NCBI GenBank assembly: GCA_022813865.1
Contig: JALDZX010000032.1
Location: forward strand, 124,001 to 188,000
Origin: Xylographa opegraphella
Lineage: Eukaryota
Reading direction: 5' to 3'
DNA: 64,000 nucleotides
The notes beneath the pieces were generated by a model. That model ran no database searches. It was not told where the DNA came from and was given only the letters and a program-made list of their open reading frames with translations. Below are positions 25,758-38,593 of this stretch, in pieces. The translations under genes were made by a program, and so were the position numbers. Positions within the stretch are counted from its first letter, which is position 1. Each line of letters starts with the position of its first letter.

Positions 25758-26920
25758 TCAAAGGCGTCGCTGAGAGCGGTTGAACTCCTGTTCGCGCATG
25801 TCCCACAGTGCTCCGAGGTCTTGATTGCGGCGAACAACTCGGATGTGGCGCCAAGGGTCGATCCTGGCACCAGGAGGAGCACGGCCGTCTGTGGCGAGGA
25901 TCTGGCGTTCGAGATCGGCGAAAGCAGTGAAGGTCATCGTGAGAGGGAAATGGACCTTGCTTCGATCTGCTTGGTGTTCGTCCTCGTCAGGAATTGCGAT
26001 TCCAGACCAGTAATTCCCTCGTTTGAATCGGATGCTTCTACTGATGTCAGGAGTAGTTCGCTCACCCTGGCTTTCGGTATTCCGAGTTTCCGGATCGACA
26101 GGTTTGTCCTTTTCGGACTCTTCAGGAGCCGTGGCGACTTGAGTCGTAGCTGTCATTGTGTCTGGGCGTGGTGGTGACATGCGACTGTCTGTAGCGAATT
26201 TACGCTGGCCGGCTGGGACGTGGAACTTCAAGGCTTCGCCGTTGATTTCCAAAAGCTTCAAGTATTAGCTTGGAGTGATCATCAGGTGGTGAAGGACTGA
26301 CCAAGCATTCCTTCTCCACCAGGACCGCGTTCTTTCCACGTCCAAAACTTCTCGAATACTTGAAAGCATCGCCCGTTTTGAACAGGCCTGCTTTGATCAT
26401 GTCTGCAAGCAGGACTTGCACCGCCTCGCCAGCTTGAGCACGAGGGTCGACCTTCTGCTTTTGGCCCCAGAATTCTTCGTACTCTTTGTCCTTGTGCTTG
26501 TCGAAGAGACCAGCAGCACGCTCCTTGCTTGCTTGATTGGCTTCTTCAAGCCATTCAGGCTCATGGCGCCCTGACCTGACTTCGTCTTGCACAACACGAA
26601 CACCTTCGCGCCAGTCGGAGCTGTACTTCAAAAATTCTTCATTTGGAGCACCATCTGTCAACACACTCTCAGGTAACTGCTTGCGAAGCTCGGCTTTCTC
26701 CTTTTCGCTCAGCATATCCCAAGCTTCCGGTCGTGAGAGAGCTTTCTGTAGAAAAAATTATTACAAATTCATATATAGAGCAGAGTTCATATTCATAGCA
26801 TACGTGTAAGTCCTGGTCAGGAAGCTTGGACTTGCTTGTAAAAATGCGATCCGACGACATCCAGTTCTGATCAGCCTCACCGGCTTTCGGTTTCGAAGAC
26901 TTCTTCTGCTTCGGTGTCAT
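25758..26920 (-). CDS. Asx-homology (DEUBAD) domain protein (2 introns)
   Basis: Motifs TSKSKL, EAWDML..EKAELRKQLP, FLKYSSDWREG..Q..GRHEPEWLEEA and EEFWGQKQK. An upstream in-frame ATG at 27043 is an alternative start. Confidence 0.8.
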
Positions 26921-27329
26921 CGTAGATAGCGTAGATGTTCGGTTACCTAGTCGATCAATCCAGTTTATGATCTTACGAAAACCTTTCTTCCAGCTGGAGG
27001 TACGTTGTTTGTGTGAAGATTTGTGAGCCCAGGGGAACTTCATAGTGAATTCAGAAGCTACGCGGCTGTCGCGGCCGATAAATGAATCTGAGTGGTGCAG
27101 CGGCTGTCTGCAGTAGCGCGTCTAATTGTTTGTAGAAGCTTGAAAGACACTGAGCGGGACTTAAGCGCACAAGCCCGTCACTAAGCCTTATGCCCAAGCT
27201 AGCTCACTCGATAATAAACAATTTACGTGAACCCTAAAGGCCAACAAGCGCCAGCTGCCTGCCTACTTCTTGTCGGACTGTGGATAACTATTGGGGCTTT
27301 GTGACCTTGTTATAATTCGCTTGTTCACG

Positions 27330-28154
27330 ATGGTTCTTTCGACACAGATCGCCAGGATAGATGGTAAGACAAACGCTGATGTGTACTGGACAGCACATGT
27401 CAAAGCTTACCAACTACATAGGCCTCATGCTTGCCGCCTCCGTGGATGATGAGCAGGTTGGGCGCTCTAGCTCGCTATATCTTTGTGCTCCGAGAGATCT
27501 GACCCTTTCAAGTCAGAAGCCGAGCTCGCAGAGCCCAGATCTCAGGCCAAAATGGTCATACGGCGGTTGAGCCGCAACTCGGAACCACAGGCCACGATCG
27601 AGTGCGGAAAATACAACATACAGTAAGCCTACACATGCAATTGAAGTCGACCAATGGCGCAGAATAAACCAGCTGACCCGCTCAGCTACCTCGTCTCCTC
27701 CAACATCTGCTTCCTCACCATCTGCGAAAAGTCCTACCCCCGCAAACTCGCCTTCACATACCTCTCCGACCTCGCAACTGAGTTTACCACCACTTACTCC
27801 CCGAGCTCCTATCAATCACCCACTTTGCGCCCCTACGCTTTCGTCGAATTTGACACCTTCATCCAGCGTACCAAGAAAACTTACCAAGACAGCCGCGCCT
27901 CACAAAATCTCGACAAGCTGAACGACGAGCTGCGGGACGTGACAAAGGTCATGACAAAAAACATCGAGGACTTGCTATATAGGGGGGACAGTCTGGAGAG
28001 GATGGGAGACATGAGCCAGCGGCTACGGGAGGATAGCAAGAAATACAGGAAGGCGGCCGTGAGGATCAATTGGGAGTTGATGCTCAAGCAGTACGGGCCC
28101 TTTGCGGCAGTGGGGTTCATTATGCTCTTTTTCGTCTGGTGGCGCTTCTTTTGA
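27330..28154 (+). CDS. SEC22: R-SNARE Sec22 (3 introns)
   Basis: STQIARIDGLMLAASVDDEQ, longin motif YPRKLAFTYL, RPYAFVEFD, NIEDLLYRGDSL and a C-terminal TM helix. Confidence 0.96.
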
Positions 28155-28871
28155 ATGGATCCGAAGGGCGCGAGCGCGAATATACCCTTTTTCGGAGGCT
28201 TTCGAGGTTCGGACTTGATGAACGCCGAGCATCTGACGCATGTGGCTATGGTCACATTGACATGAGTGCAAGAAGTTCGTGGGAAAAGTCGTAACTCACA
28301 GCGGATGTTGACAATGCCCAGAGGGACCTGCATGACAGCCTTACCGGGGAAAAGGGCTGTGGGCGGGTGGAAATTTTGTTGTGTTTACACACCAAGCGGT
28401 ATGAGCTTGGAGAAGTACAATGTTCAGGGTAGAAGTTACAACAGAGTTCAGCACTTAGAAAAAAGGCAGTATCGCATCTCCCAACCATTGTGTACAATCC
28501 ACTATTCCAGATACTTAATTAGTCGTGCTACTTTACGAAAGCCCTACCTCATGAATCAGGGACCCCTTTCCTCAAAAGTGCTTATGTCATGTATTGCTTG
28601 TGTATGACAATGGGCTGGTAGAGCTCTACAGTTCTATGTGGAACTAGGGGCTCCTCCACATATCGAGCTATGGTGAGTCACGCAAGCAAGATGCAAGCCG
28701 ATGGTCTCAAGGACGAGCGAGCAATTTGATCATTGTGTTTCAGTAGCAGGACGATCTTTGATGTCTGATCGCCTTCAATGAGGTTAAAATCTTGAAGCCG
28801 TTGCAAGGCTTTAACTCTGATCAGCAAGCGCGCGCATTAGGCCTAGTTCCTAGGATATTGGATTGGTCTGC

Positions 28872-28904
28872 TTCGCGTCAAGCGCGTCTCATCCGCGTCG
28901 CGAA
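28872..28904. promoter_or_regulatory. Cluster of MCB/SCB-like CGCG elements
   Basis: CGCGT at 28874, 28883 and 28894, and CGCGAA at 28899, about 85-115 bp upstream of the SLD7-like ATG. Confidence 0.5.
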
Positions 28905-28986
28905 CCTGCTATTCACACAAGAAGTATCAATCAGATTTGATCACGCTCAATGATGTTATCTGCATGGTGCTATTGTATTTGTAAAC

Positions 28987-30470
28987 ATGGACGTATGGTG
29001 TGGTCACATTATACTTGATAGGATTGAGCCGAACAACCGACTTGAAGGTAATACACTCTCGAGCTGTTTGCACGATTTAACAGCTCATTGGCAATAGATG
29101 TGCAGATCTCTCAACCGCGAGAAGGCTTCGGAATTAGTCAGTGGGCTGATGTCCAATTGCATCTGTTGTCTTTCGTAGACACGGCCGCTATCCCACTACA
29201 CCTCGTTGCAGGGCCTTCGTTTGATGTCTTTACGTCGAATGAGACTACTAAATCATGGCTTGGCGATCGACTCCTGGGTGTTCCTAGATTGGGCGACGAC
29301 GCGGACCTAGTGCTGTCTGGATGGTGGCAGAACAAGTGTGGACAATCGGATGTGGGACTACTTTTGCAAGTGGACGGAGAAATCAAGACACCACATTCTG
29401 GCTTCCGAGTGACTGAGCTACTCATATATGCTGGGCAACCTAGAAAAGGCCCAGCTAACGCGGGAATGCTTACGCCACCGAGGTCATCATCCCCTATTGC
29501 GGACCACGAGGGAACACCCCAAGACTCTAACGGATCAATACAAACAGTCAATATATACGCATTACCTCTGTCGTCGGATCTCTCCTGCAGTGTAAACCTA
29601 TCATCACCTTCCACGGAAGATTTACTCCCCGAGTATGCTCAATTTATTCCTTCGTCTTCCGAAAATCGTCCTTACGTAAATGGTCGAAAGCGACTACATT
29701 TGGATTCCCTATTTCAGGATGCTACCTATCAAGTCAAGCGTTCCAAAAAGCGAGGAGGTGAGAGCGTGGCGAAGGCAATGGCGAGTCTGGACAGCTTGAG
29801 TAGCCAGTCAGTAGAACAATCGACTTCTCAGCTTGAAACCTCTGGCTTCACAACCCAAGCAGCACTTTCACAGGGTTTTGGCAAATCGAGGTTTCAGAGG
29901 AACAGCGGACTGTCTCGAGCACACAGTCTTGGCTCGCTCCATGATTTCGATCAAATCAGGCCACCAAGCAGAGGCAATGCTGCACCAGCAAGACGATCAA
30001 CTCTCAGCCGCATGGCCAGTGTGGTGGCGTTGGAAGACTCTTCTCCCATACCAGACTCGATCAACAGCATTGAGCAGCAGAACAAAGCAGCTTTAAGTCG
30101 GGTAGTCATGGCCGGCATGCGGATGTATGGACTGCAACAGAGGAAGAAGTCGAGCCGGTCTCGAGCCGCTTCTGAAATACCCTTCAGTGCTGGTCTTGTG
30201 TCGATAACGGGCACGGGAGCTGAGGATGAAGACGAGTACAAGCTGGTCTATCATCAGACTTACAAGGCGGCCTCTTTTGCTTTCCGCAAGCATATGCCGT
30301 TGGCAAGCATTGGTCAGGACAGCATGAGGGAAATTGTGGATAGGATTCTTGAAATGTTCTGCATTGACCTTCTCGCTAGGCCAGAGCCAATGGGAACAGT
30401 TCAGCAAGGCTTCGAAGCTGAGGTAGTCCAAGATCATGGTCCGTTCGATACTCCATGCGTTTGTGAGTGA
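28987..30470 (+). CDS. SLD7: Sld7-like protein (Sld7 C-terminal domain); intron 29048-29097; 3' end may extend through another intron
   Basis: C-terminal NKAALSRVVMAGMRMYGL...EYKLVYHQTYKAASFAFR...MREIVDRILEMFC resembles the Sld7_C domain. Confidence 0.7.
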
Positions 30471-32305
30471 GCACGCGAGCAATAGATTGAAAGAGGAAGA
30501 AGTGTCAGAGTCCCGTTTTCGGGAAGACTTCAGCATAAGCGCTTTCGACTCCGATTAGCCACACCGGCTTGTCATTCCTGGTGCCAGCTTCGCAGACTTG
30601 GCATCTGCTCTCTGTTAGAGCTTTATGGCTTTCATCTCTTGCTCGACCTTGCAATTCTTTCGATTAGGTAACCATCGTGGGAGTTTGGTATGCGAAAGTT
30701 TCAGCATTGAAGACCGATCACATTGCTCTACCTCGATAAACTATCCTGGTATAAAGGTATTGAGCTTTCAAGTGATCATCCGCCCTCGACCGCAGCGGCC
30801 GGACACACAAAGACCGATGACTACTGCTTGATAGTCCGAGTCCTGAAACCATGGTCAAAGCCTTTTCTGCACCACGTGTTTGGTAGCATATTACAACCAG
30901 AAACAGCTTTGCTGGTTTATTGGGGCCAAGGGTTCTGATTAACAGAAAGAATTCTGACACTGTACGCGTCATGTTCTTGAGCGATCACTGCCTGAATCTG
31001 TGCTTGACCGTCCATCTGAGGGTCATCAGTCTTAACTGACTTGGTTTACTTTCTTTTCGTCAGTGGATCTCTGAGAGCTATTATGCCTACCTATTTTGAG
31101 AAATGTCACGGATCTGGTATAAAGCACAGAACCCAGGCTATTCTGTTTGTCCGGCGCCGTCTGCTTCTTTTAATTCGTCCTTAATATCCGCTTCATGAGC
31201 AACCAGATGCAAGCTCAAGAATTAAATCAACGTGACGGGGATAATTAATACTACATACATCCACAATCCTGATTCGGTTGAAGATATTGCATCGGCAGAA
31301 GCATCCCAGTTATCCCGATCGAAAACTGGACTCCAGAAGAGTCTGAAGCAGAGCAAGGATGAGCTGATCTCGTCGTACGAGTCACTTAAGATTCAGGAAT
31401 AGCCGCCCGACGACCAAGCTCACTCCGTGATGTACCCAATATCTAGGAATAAACAGCTATGGAAGGAAAACAAGATCTTATCCCACTCACCGCCTTCAAA
31501 GGTCGCTAGCAAGAACAAATGGCCTAGGATAGCCATAACTATAACTTCAAAAGAAACATTGCTCAAAGATACAAACCCACTTTTTCGTATCTTCAAGTCG
31601 CTACACACTACTAACAGCCTTCGACATTCCTTACTAAGTTTCGGCAACCTGCCAAGCCCTGAGAAATATTCGACCTCGATGCCTTGCGCTGGGGAACAAT
31701 CTCCTGCCATCATCAACTCGAGTCCGATCATCCCGTGCCAGCAGCCTTCGAACATTCTACCATCGACCCAGCGGCTTTTGCAATCTTCATGCGTGTGACG
31801 TTTTCGGAACCACTATCACTAAAACACCTCTTCCAGTCCGTTACGTGAGGTAGCTACGCAAATCGCCACGGCTTTTCATGCTCGTGATCTCTTTGGACAC
31901 GTCGGTGGAGATGGGAACCTCGTGGTGGTGGATGGGGTTTGGGGTTTATACTACTGTCGGAGGGGTCGGAGGGGTTGGTCGTGTCCTTTGTGTGGATTGT
32001 AGCTGGTGTGGAGAGGTCGAGCTGCTTTTTGAGGACTTGCTTTGCACGGCTCGGGTTTGGGATGTTGGGGGTTTTTTCTCACAGGGGGGGGGGAGGGGGG
32101 GGGGCTTAGATGTCCGGTGGAGGGCGAGAGGGCTGGCGAATGAGGATTGGTGCAGGCTGGGCGGGGCGTGTGGTAAGAAGATAGGCTCCTCGAGCGACTG
32201 ACTGTTCAGTACGTCGACGACATTTCATCACGTACCATCCAGCTTCCGTCCTAAGCACAGTAAAGACACAAGAACCCTGAACCCCCGAAGTTTTGTCTAA
32301 GAATC

Positions 32306-32306
<1 letters not shown>

Positions 32307-32336
<30 letters not shown>

Positions 32337-32345
32337 AAGAAGAAG
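32307..32345 (+). repeat. (AAG)13 microsatellite
   Basis: Read directly from the sequence. Confidence 0.95.
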
Positions 32346-32407
32346 CACCTCTAATGCCCACCCGTCAAGAAATCATACATCCAACCCCATCGGCATGTGT
32401 ACCACCA

Positions 32408-34105
32408 CTACCCCGGCCGCTGATACCCGCCCCTCCCCCCAAACCCCGGATGGCCCATCCCCTCCAACGCCCCCGCACCACGCTCACGCTCCCGCTCCCG
32501 ATCTCGCCCCTCCATCCTCGCATCCTCCCCCTCCTCCCTTGGCGGGAAACTGCCCCTCCGCTCCAGCTCACGCTCCGACGGCGGCGGCAAGCCCGTACTC
32601 CCCTTGCGCGACTCCACGCCACGCCCGCGCTCAGCCTCGTATTCCGCAAACGTCTGCGCGCGATGCGGAGCCGCGAACGGGGGCTCGGAGGGCGTGACAC
32701 TGCCGCTGCCGCTGCCGCCGCCGGTGCTGGCGTGGTACCCGCCGCGGCCGCCAAAGCCATGCTCGGGCGCGTCCTGCAGCCCGAGGGCGCGGAAGCCGGC
32801 GTGCAGGTGCTCGGGCTCGTGCTCGGCGAAAGTGTGAGCACGGTGCGGGGCGGCGAAGGGCCCAGAGGGCGAGAGCGCGGGGCTGGTGCCTGCGCTGGCG
32901 TGGTGGCCCGTGCCGCTGACGCCGGGCTCGGGAGTGGTCTTGCCGGACGAGGGGCCGTGGTGCTTAGCTTCGTACTCGGCGAACGTCTGCGCGCGGTGAG
33001 GGGCGGCGAAGGAGGGGCCGTCGGGAGATAGAGTAGCGGGTGGGTCGGCGTTGTAGCCTCCGCGGCCGCCGAAGCCCGGCTGCGGGGTTTCTTGAAGGCT
33101 GGCCTTTCGGGAGACGGGGGCTTTTTGGTGCTCCGCTTCGTATTCGGAAAAGGTCTGCGCGCGGTGGGGGGCGGGGAAATGCCCTTCGGGTGATAGCGCG
33201 CCGGCGGCGGGGGGGTTGGCGTGGTAGCCGCCTCCTCGGCCGCCATATCCGGGCTCGGGGGTCGTCGCAGCTCCTTTCCGTGTTTCGGTCCCGTGTCCGT
33301 GCTCTTGCTCGTATTCAGCAAAAGTTGCTGCTCGGTGTGGGAGGCCCAGCGGTTGGTCGGGACCTCCGGCGGCATGGTATCCGCCCCTTCCTCCAAACCC
33401 AGGACCAGGACTCTCCTGCACACTCGCCTTCCGCGAAAGCGAAGCATGCCCGTGCTCAGCTTCATATTCCGCAAAAGTGGGCGTATGATGTAAGGACCCT
33501 GGTGCCGGGGGCGTCTCCGCTCCAGTCGCAGCCTGGTATCCGCCCCTTCCTCCAAACCCAGGACCAGGACTCCCCTGCACGCTCCCTTTCCGCGAGGTGA
33601 CACCATGGCCATGCTCGGCTTCATACTCGGCAAACGTCAGCGCCGCATGCAAGGACACGGGCGCGGCTTCCGGCCCTTGGCTGGCTTGATAGCCCCCTCG
33701 TCCACCGAAACCACCATGCTCGGGCTCGGAAGGGGGAGAATGCCTGCCTATAGCGAAAGTGGGAACTGGGGATTGGGATTGTGGGGAGGTGCGGTCGCTG
33801 CCGCGGCCACCGAAGGGGGGGTTTATGGGTTGTGGTTGCTCGAGGTGTGTATTGGGCGGTGGGTACGGAATTGGCTGAGGAGGAAAAGGTGAGGTTGAAG
33901 CTGGCGAGTCCTGATACTCGCCCCGGCCGCCGAAGGAGGGAGTGTCCGGGGAGAGGCCCTTGGGACCTGGTGACGGGGCGCTTGTGGTGAGAGGGGGAGC
34001 ATTGGGGTTTGGGGAGCCGTTGTAGCCGCCACGACCGGCGTGGGGACGAGGACCCGTAGGGTTCGACGGCGGCGCAGGCTCGGAGGGTTGGGTCGTTTCA
34101 GGCAT
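32408..34105 (-). CDS. Uncharacterised Pro/Gly-rich repeat protein (about 565 aa)
   Basis: Long ORF with ATG at 34105. Repeats FGGRGGY and HRAQTFAEYEAEH are conserved as protein in this frame while their codons vary. Confidence 0.75.
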   Translation of the reverse strand: MPETTQPSEPAPPSNPTGPRPHAGRGGYNGSPNPNAPPLTTSAPSPGPKGLSPDTPSFGGRGEYQDSPASTSPFPPQPIPYPPPNTHLEQPQPINPPFGGRGSDRTSPQSQSPVPTFAIGRHSPPSEPEHGGFGGRGGYQASQGPEAAPVSLHAALTFAEYEAEHGHGVTSRKGSVQGSPGPGFGGRGGYQAATGAETPPAPGSLHHTPTFAEYEAEHGHASLSRKASVQESPGPGFGGRGGYHAAGGPDQPLGLPHRAATFAEYEQEHGHGTETRKGAATTPEPGYGGRGGGYHANPPAAGALSPEGHFPAPHRAQTFSEYEAEHQKAPVSRKASLQETPQPGFGGRGGYNADPPATLSPDGPSFAAPHRAQTFAEYEAKHHGPSSGKTTPEPGVSGTGHHASAGTSPALSPSGPFAAPHRAHTFAEHEPEHLHAGFRALGLQDAPEHGFGGRGGYHASTGGGSGSGSVTPSEPPFAAPHRAQTFAEYEAERGRGVESRKGSTGLPPPSERELERRGSFPPREEGEDARMEGRDRERERERGAGALEGMGHPGFGGRGGYQRPG

Positions 34106-35292
34106 TGCGAGCGAAGGGCTCGAAGCACTGAAAGAAGTGGTTGTATTCAGATGAACTCTCCGAGAGGGGATTTGCGGGAAGCCGGTGGGTGACAAGTCCG
34201 TCGAGGCAGGCGAAAGTTAGGACTGCAAGGTAGCTGGGCGAAAGAACGATGTCACAGTGTCGGGAATCTCTCGAACTGTCAATGAGTCAATGTATATATA
34301 CGATCGACATCTTGCTGGTCGTCCTGTGCCCCAGCTGTTCTCCACCCTGAAGCAAAGACCATCCCTGCCCATCACCTTTGCCCACCTTTGCCTCCCGTCA
34401 TGGCACCATGGTGGCATCATGCCAAGGGAGCTTGAAAGAAGCCATCATTGGACATGGAGCTGGAGCCACAGTGCAGCCTTCAGATGCTGAAACGAGCGTG
34501 GGACGACATCAGAAGCTTCTGATGAAAGAGATTTCACGCACAGCGTTCAGCCCTGCGGCGGGTTGCGCTCCGCAATTGGGGGCCACAAAAAGACATCTTC
34601 ATGGAGGCTGTGGGCTGGCCGTTCGCTCGTCTGCGAAGCTTCATCCGCTGTTTCATCAATCTGGCCGAGGACGGAACGTGATATAAGCGCCGTCAGCTTC
34701 GAAGAATATTCCCCCGACCCCGACTGTCACGGGGTTGAATGTCGATGCGGGCACGACGGAATCCTGCAGGATGCTCACGCACACCTTCGGCAAGAGTATA
34801 ATGTGCTTGCTCACTGCTTAAACGCGACAGCTTTGATTGGAGGAAATCGGGATATTAACGTGGCCTACGAGACTCGAGTGGGTGAGTCGAACCGATTTAA
34901 TGAATTTGGACTGCCACACATGCACAGTCCGAGACCCATTCGAACTATCACCTCGTCTACGTCGAAGTTCACGAGACCGCGTTTCAGGACTTCCTTCACA
35001 AGTCCCACACCGTCGTCTACAGCCTCAGGGTATATCAACTGCCCTTACGCCTCATCGCCAAAGCCGCTCGGACTTTACAGACTGGAAAAGTATGGGAGTT
35101 CCTGGGAAGGAGGATTCGGAGCTGCATATGGCGTTATATCTCAACGTGATCTACTGATCATGTACTGGATTAAGACTGTCAAGCCAATCGCTCGATTTGT
35201 CAACAGTTCACGCGGCTGTTCCGTGTGGGTATATGAGATTCCTGCACTGCATCACTGCATCATTCAAGCTTCGGATACAAAGCACAGCCGTC

Positions 35293-37056
35293 TCAGAACA
35301 GCTTATACCCCCCCGGTACCTGCTTCTGGAAGACCTGGTCTGGATCGTACTCGCGACTCGCCGCCCTCAGCTTCTCCCGATCCCCATACCCATAGCTCCC
35401 AATGGGATTCTGCCACTGCGCGGCGTAATTGAGATACCTCCACCGATGCAGCATGTCGGAGCTGGCGGCGAGCATCTCGACTTGCTTAACGAACGATCTG
35501 GCTTGTCGGTTCATGACCTCCTCATCGGTGGCCTTCTTCCACGATATGTCAAGGAAGATGAGCACTAGGTTCCCATCGCCTGGATCCAGCCCGAGGGCGT
35601 TGCCGCCGCTGGTGAGGGAGCGCGACATGGTGCATGTGGGCACGGCTTGATACGCCAGGGCGTATCGGAGTCCAGATCTGGTTTTCAGTGGCTCGAGCAG
35701 TGTGTCCACGATTTCAAACACCTTGGACAGGAGAGCAATGTTGTTGGCAACCGTCACTGTCACGTAGACTTGACTGACCCCGACCCTCAGCTTGTGTGCA
35801 AGGAGTATCGAGAGCATGACTCACCGGTCTCCAGACGGATTGCTTCCGTCCATCTCGATCGCCAGAGACGTCATGGTGGTGATTCTGACTTGATTGTGGA
35901 TCTGTGGCTCAATGCTCGTGAATGTCCCAAAGATATCCGGATACGGTTCCGGTTTCGTGTAAGCGTAGGTATTCGAGATTAGCCACTCATCGTGGCCTTC
36001 GATCCAGGCGTAGGCATGTATCAATGCCGCATATGGATCGTCATTGTTGGCATCGGCGAAATGGCTGAAAGCTTCAAGCTGCTGATCCTTCGTCGAAATA
36101 TCGTACCCCACGGATCCACCCCAGATATTGTTTTGTGTGAAGGTTCTGAAGTCAAAGCGGGTCACCACTCCAAAGTTATTGCTTACCGCCTTTCAAAGCA
36201 AAGAACAGATCTGAGCGCGAGCTCGCATTGGCGTTCACGACTTCCCCTGACGCGAGAACAACCTACTCAAAAATGTAAGTAGGCTTTGAAACTCGCTCGT
36301 CCGCCGCACAGGACGTACTTCGTAGTTCAGCACATTATCACACACAAACCCAAACCGCGGAGCAAAATACGACAGGCCACCTAGAATGCCGGGTCAGAGA
36401 GAGAGAGAGAGAGAGAGCTACATCAATTTAGCACCCGCACGCATCGCACCTCCAAGCGTAAGCCCAGCAACCCCGACATTCGAATCTCTCCCACCAGAAA
36501 CCGCAAGCCCAAGGGCATCCAGATGGCTATACTCATCAAGCCAAACAGCACCCGCAGCTACGGAAGTGAGCGTACGCGCGGCGTTGACAGAAACGTCGCT
36601 CATAGCCGCCAAATCAATCGTCACCCCTGCTGCTATGTTCGCAGCTCCAGCCCACATCATGTGTCCGCCACCCTTGATGGCAAACTGGCACGAGGGGAGA
36701 TGCTCTTTGGCCCCTTGAGTAAGACATTTGATAGCAGTCGATACATCGCCAGTGGACTTTGGTCTGACAACACAGTTTGGGGCGACCTCTTGTTCCTGCT
36801 GGGACCAATACGAGGCCAACGAGACGTTATAGGCCGCTTCATTAGGAAATGAAACCTTGTCTCCGAGTACGGTAGACAGACGCGAACACTGCATTCTACG
36901 TTAGATCATCTGCACAGCAGCAATTGTGTACATCGCAAAGCGCAAAAAGCTCATTGCTCTTACACAGCTTTCAGGCACCAAAATCACCTGCGAAAACTCA
37001 GCGGCGACAGTAAACACAAAAGCCAATCCCAGAAGCACGATTGTATATGCATTCAT
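35293..37056 (-). pseudogene. Secreted FAD-linked oxidoreductase (BBE-like/AA7-like) with a +1 frameshift at 36183-36184 (pseudogene or assembly error)
   Basis: Signal peptide MNAYTIVLLGLAFV; motifs FAIKGGGH, VGVAGLTLGG, GFVCDNV, YLNYA and YDPDQVFQKQVPGGYKL. The LKGGSNNFGVVT motif is broken by one extra base. Confidence 0.8.
36396..36417 (+). repeat. (AG)11 microsatellite inside an intron of the FAD oxidoreductase
   Basis: Read directly from the sequence. Confidence 0.9.
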
Positions 37057-37262
37057 TGTGATCAGTAATCATCGCTATAGATAGGTTGCAAACATGTTTC
37101 TGGATTGGAGATGTTTCCCATGCTATCTCGCTTGTGATGGAAATTCCACAGTGACGCAATACCCGGATCGTAGGAACACAACTGTGTGTGAATCAAGTCG
37201 GCGCAGGTTGTGTAGCAGTCCAGCTACATGTTTTCATTTCTCGTTATTCTAAGCAGTCAAGT

Positions 37263-38274
37263 TCAAGCGTACAATGCCTCTTGCGGCGGGGCCACTGTCT
37301 CATGCTCGTACTCGATCTCTAACCGAGGACCCTTCTTCTTAGGTTTGGGTAGTGGATCTCCGCGCTTCCTCTTCGCTCCAAGCGTAGGCTTCTTCGCAGT
37401 GGTATCGTCCTCGGTGGCATCTTCACTGCCTGTGTCTCCTTCATCGACCTCTTCTCCTTCACTGTCTTCGCTCTCTTCCAGACTTTCTTCGCCGAGCCAG
37501 TCCTCCAAGTCATCACCCTCAACATCACTGACATACTCCACTTCTAATTCCTGTTCTGCTTCATCTTCGAGCTCGAGCCCGTCATCCAAATCCTCGTCGC
37601 GTTCTCCCTCCCCCCCTCTCTCCAGTCCTTTCAGGACTTTCTTCCAGATGTTTTCCTCCACATTAAGCGGTTTGTCGCCATACGCGCCGCTTCGCAGCCG
37701 GTCGATAAGCTCCCTCTCAATAGCTCTCTCAACCTTGGCGGCGGCCTCCGCTTTCCTTTCTCGTGTGGCCTCTCGCCTTCGTATTTTCGGTGCAAGTTTC
37801 GGAACTATTCTCTCGCCAATTCTTTCCTCCTCCTTGGCCAACCTTCGCATCCGTATGGCGACCTGTGTAAGCCTCGTAAGACGTTGCTTGCACTTGTGAA
37901 TAAGGAATTTCGGCCAGTAGATCAGCTTGCCATCAATCTGTTCCAATGCTTTGGCGTAGTTCTGAGATAGTTTGACTCGTTCCCAGAGCTTAGATGGCAT
38001 GTGAGCGCGCTCAACGGTTTTCATGTAGAGGTAAAGGACGCCGGTTTCAGGATTGGATCTGACTGTGGCATAGCGAGAATTGGCGAGTGGGCACGATTGT
38101 CGATTGCAAAGACCTGTGACATTATGTTCGTTGCGGCAGAAATTCTGATTCTTGGTTGTCTTGAGCTTGAAAGAACAGAATTGCCTGTGGTAATGATCAG
38201 ATTGAGTATTCGGGTCATAAGAGGAGTGCAGTTTACTGGTTTATGACCTGCCACACAATCTCGTCGGAGGCCAT
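37263..38274 (-). CDS. MAK16: 60S biogenesis factor Mak16 (1 intron)
   Basis: [61 protein letters not shown] and an acidic tail ending LEIEYEHE. Confidence 0.96.
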
Positions 38275-38593
38275 CGCTAGTTCCAGAAGCAAGAGAGACC
38301 GAGTCTTCAGGGTTTTTGGAGGTGTTGTAGTCCGATCGTGATAAACCTGCGCAAGCGTGCAGACACAGATTTTTGTGTAAAAGGCCGGGTGAATTGGGAA
38401 ACTTTTCACGAGAACAGCGCTAGCATAAGTTGGGAAAATCGAGGCAGTTTTAGCCGCCGCTCGGCTAGCAATCTCGAGTATTTACAACTGATACGGACTC
38501 ACGGAGTACACCACATACGGAGTACACATGGCCGATAACTTTGTTAAAGAAGATACCAAGGGAGAGAGAAAGTGATCCGATGAGGATGGGGCG

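Noticed and set aside
30960..31140. Partial inverted repeat and U-rich hairpin resembling an RNase P or telomerase pseudoknot
   Set aside because: No RNase P conserved boxes and no TAACCCTAA template nearby; CTGAC-pyrimidine tract-CAG reads equally well as a relic intron end.
32084..32104. G10-A-G10 run, a potential G-quadruplex
   Set aside because: Simple homopolymer in a skewed region; no evidence of function and prone to assembly error.
32354..33633. Long alternative-frame and antisense ORFs over the repeat protein
   Set aside because: Shadow ORFs caused by high GC; the repeats are conserved as protein only in the 32408-34105 frame.
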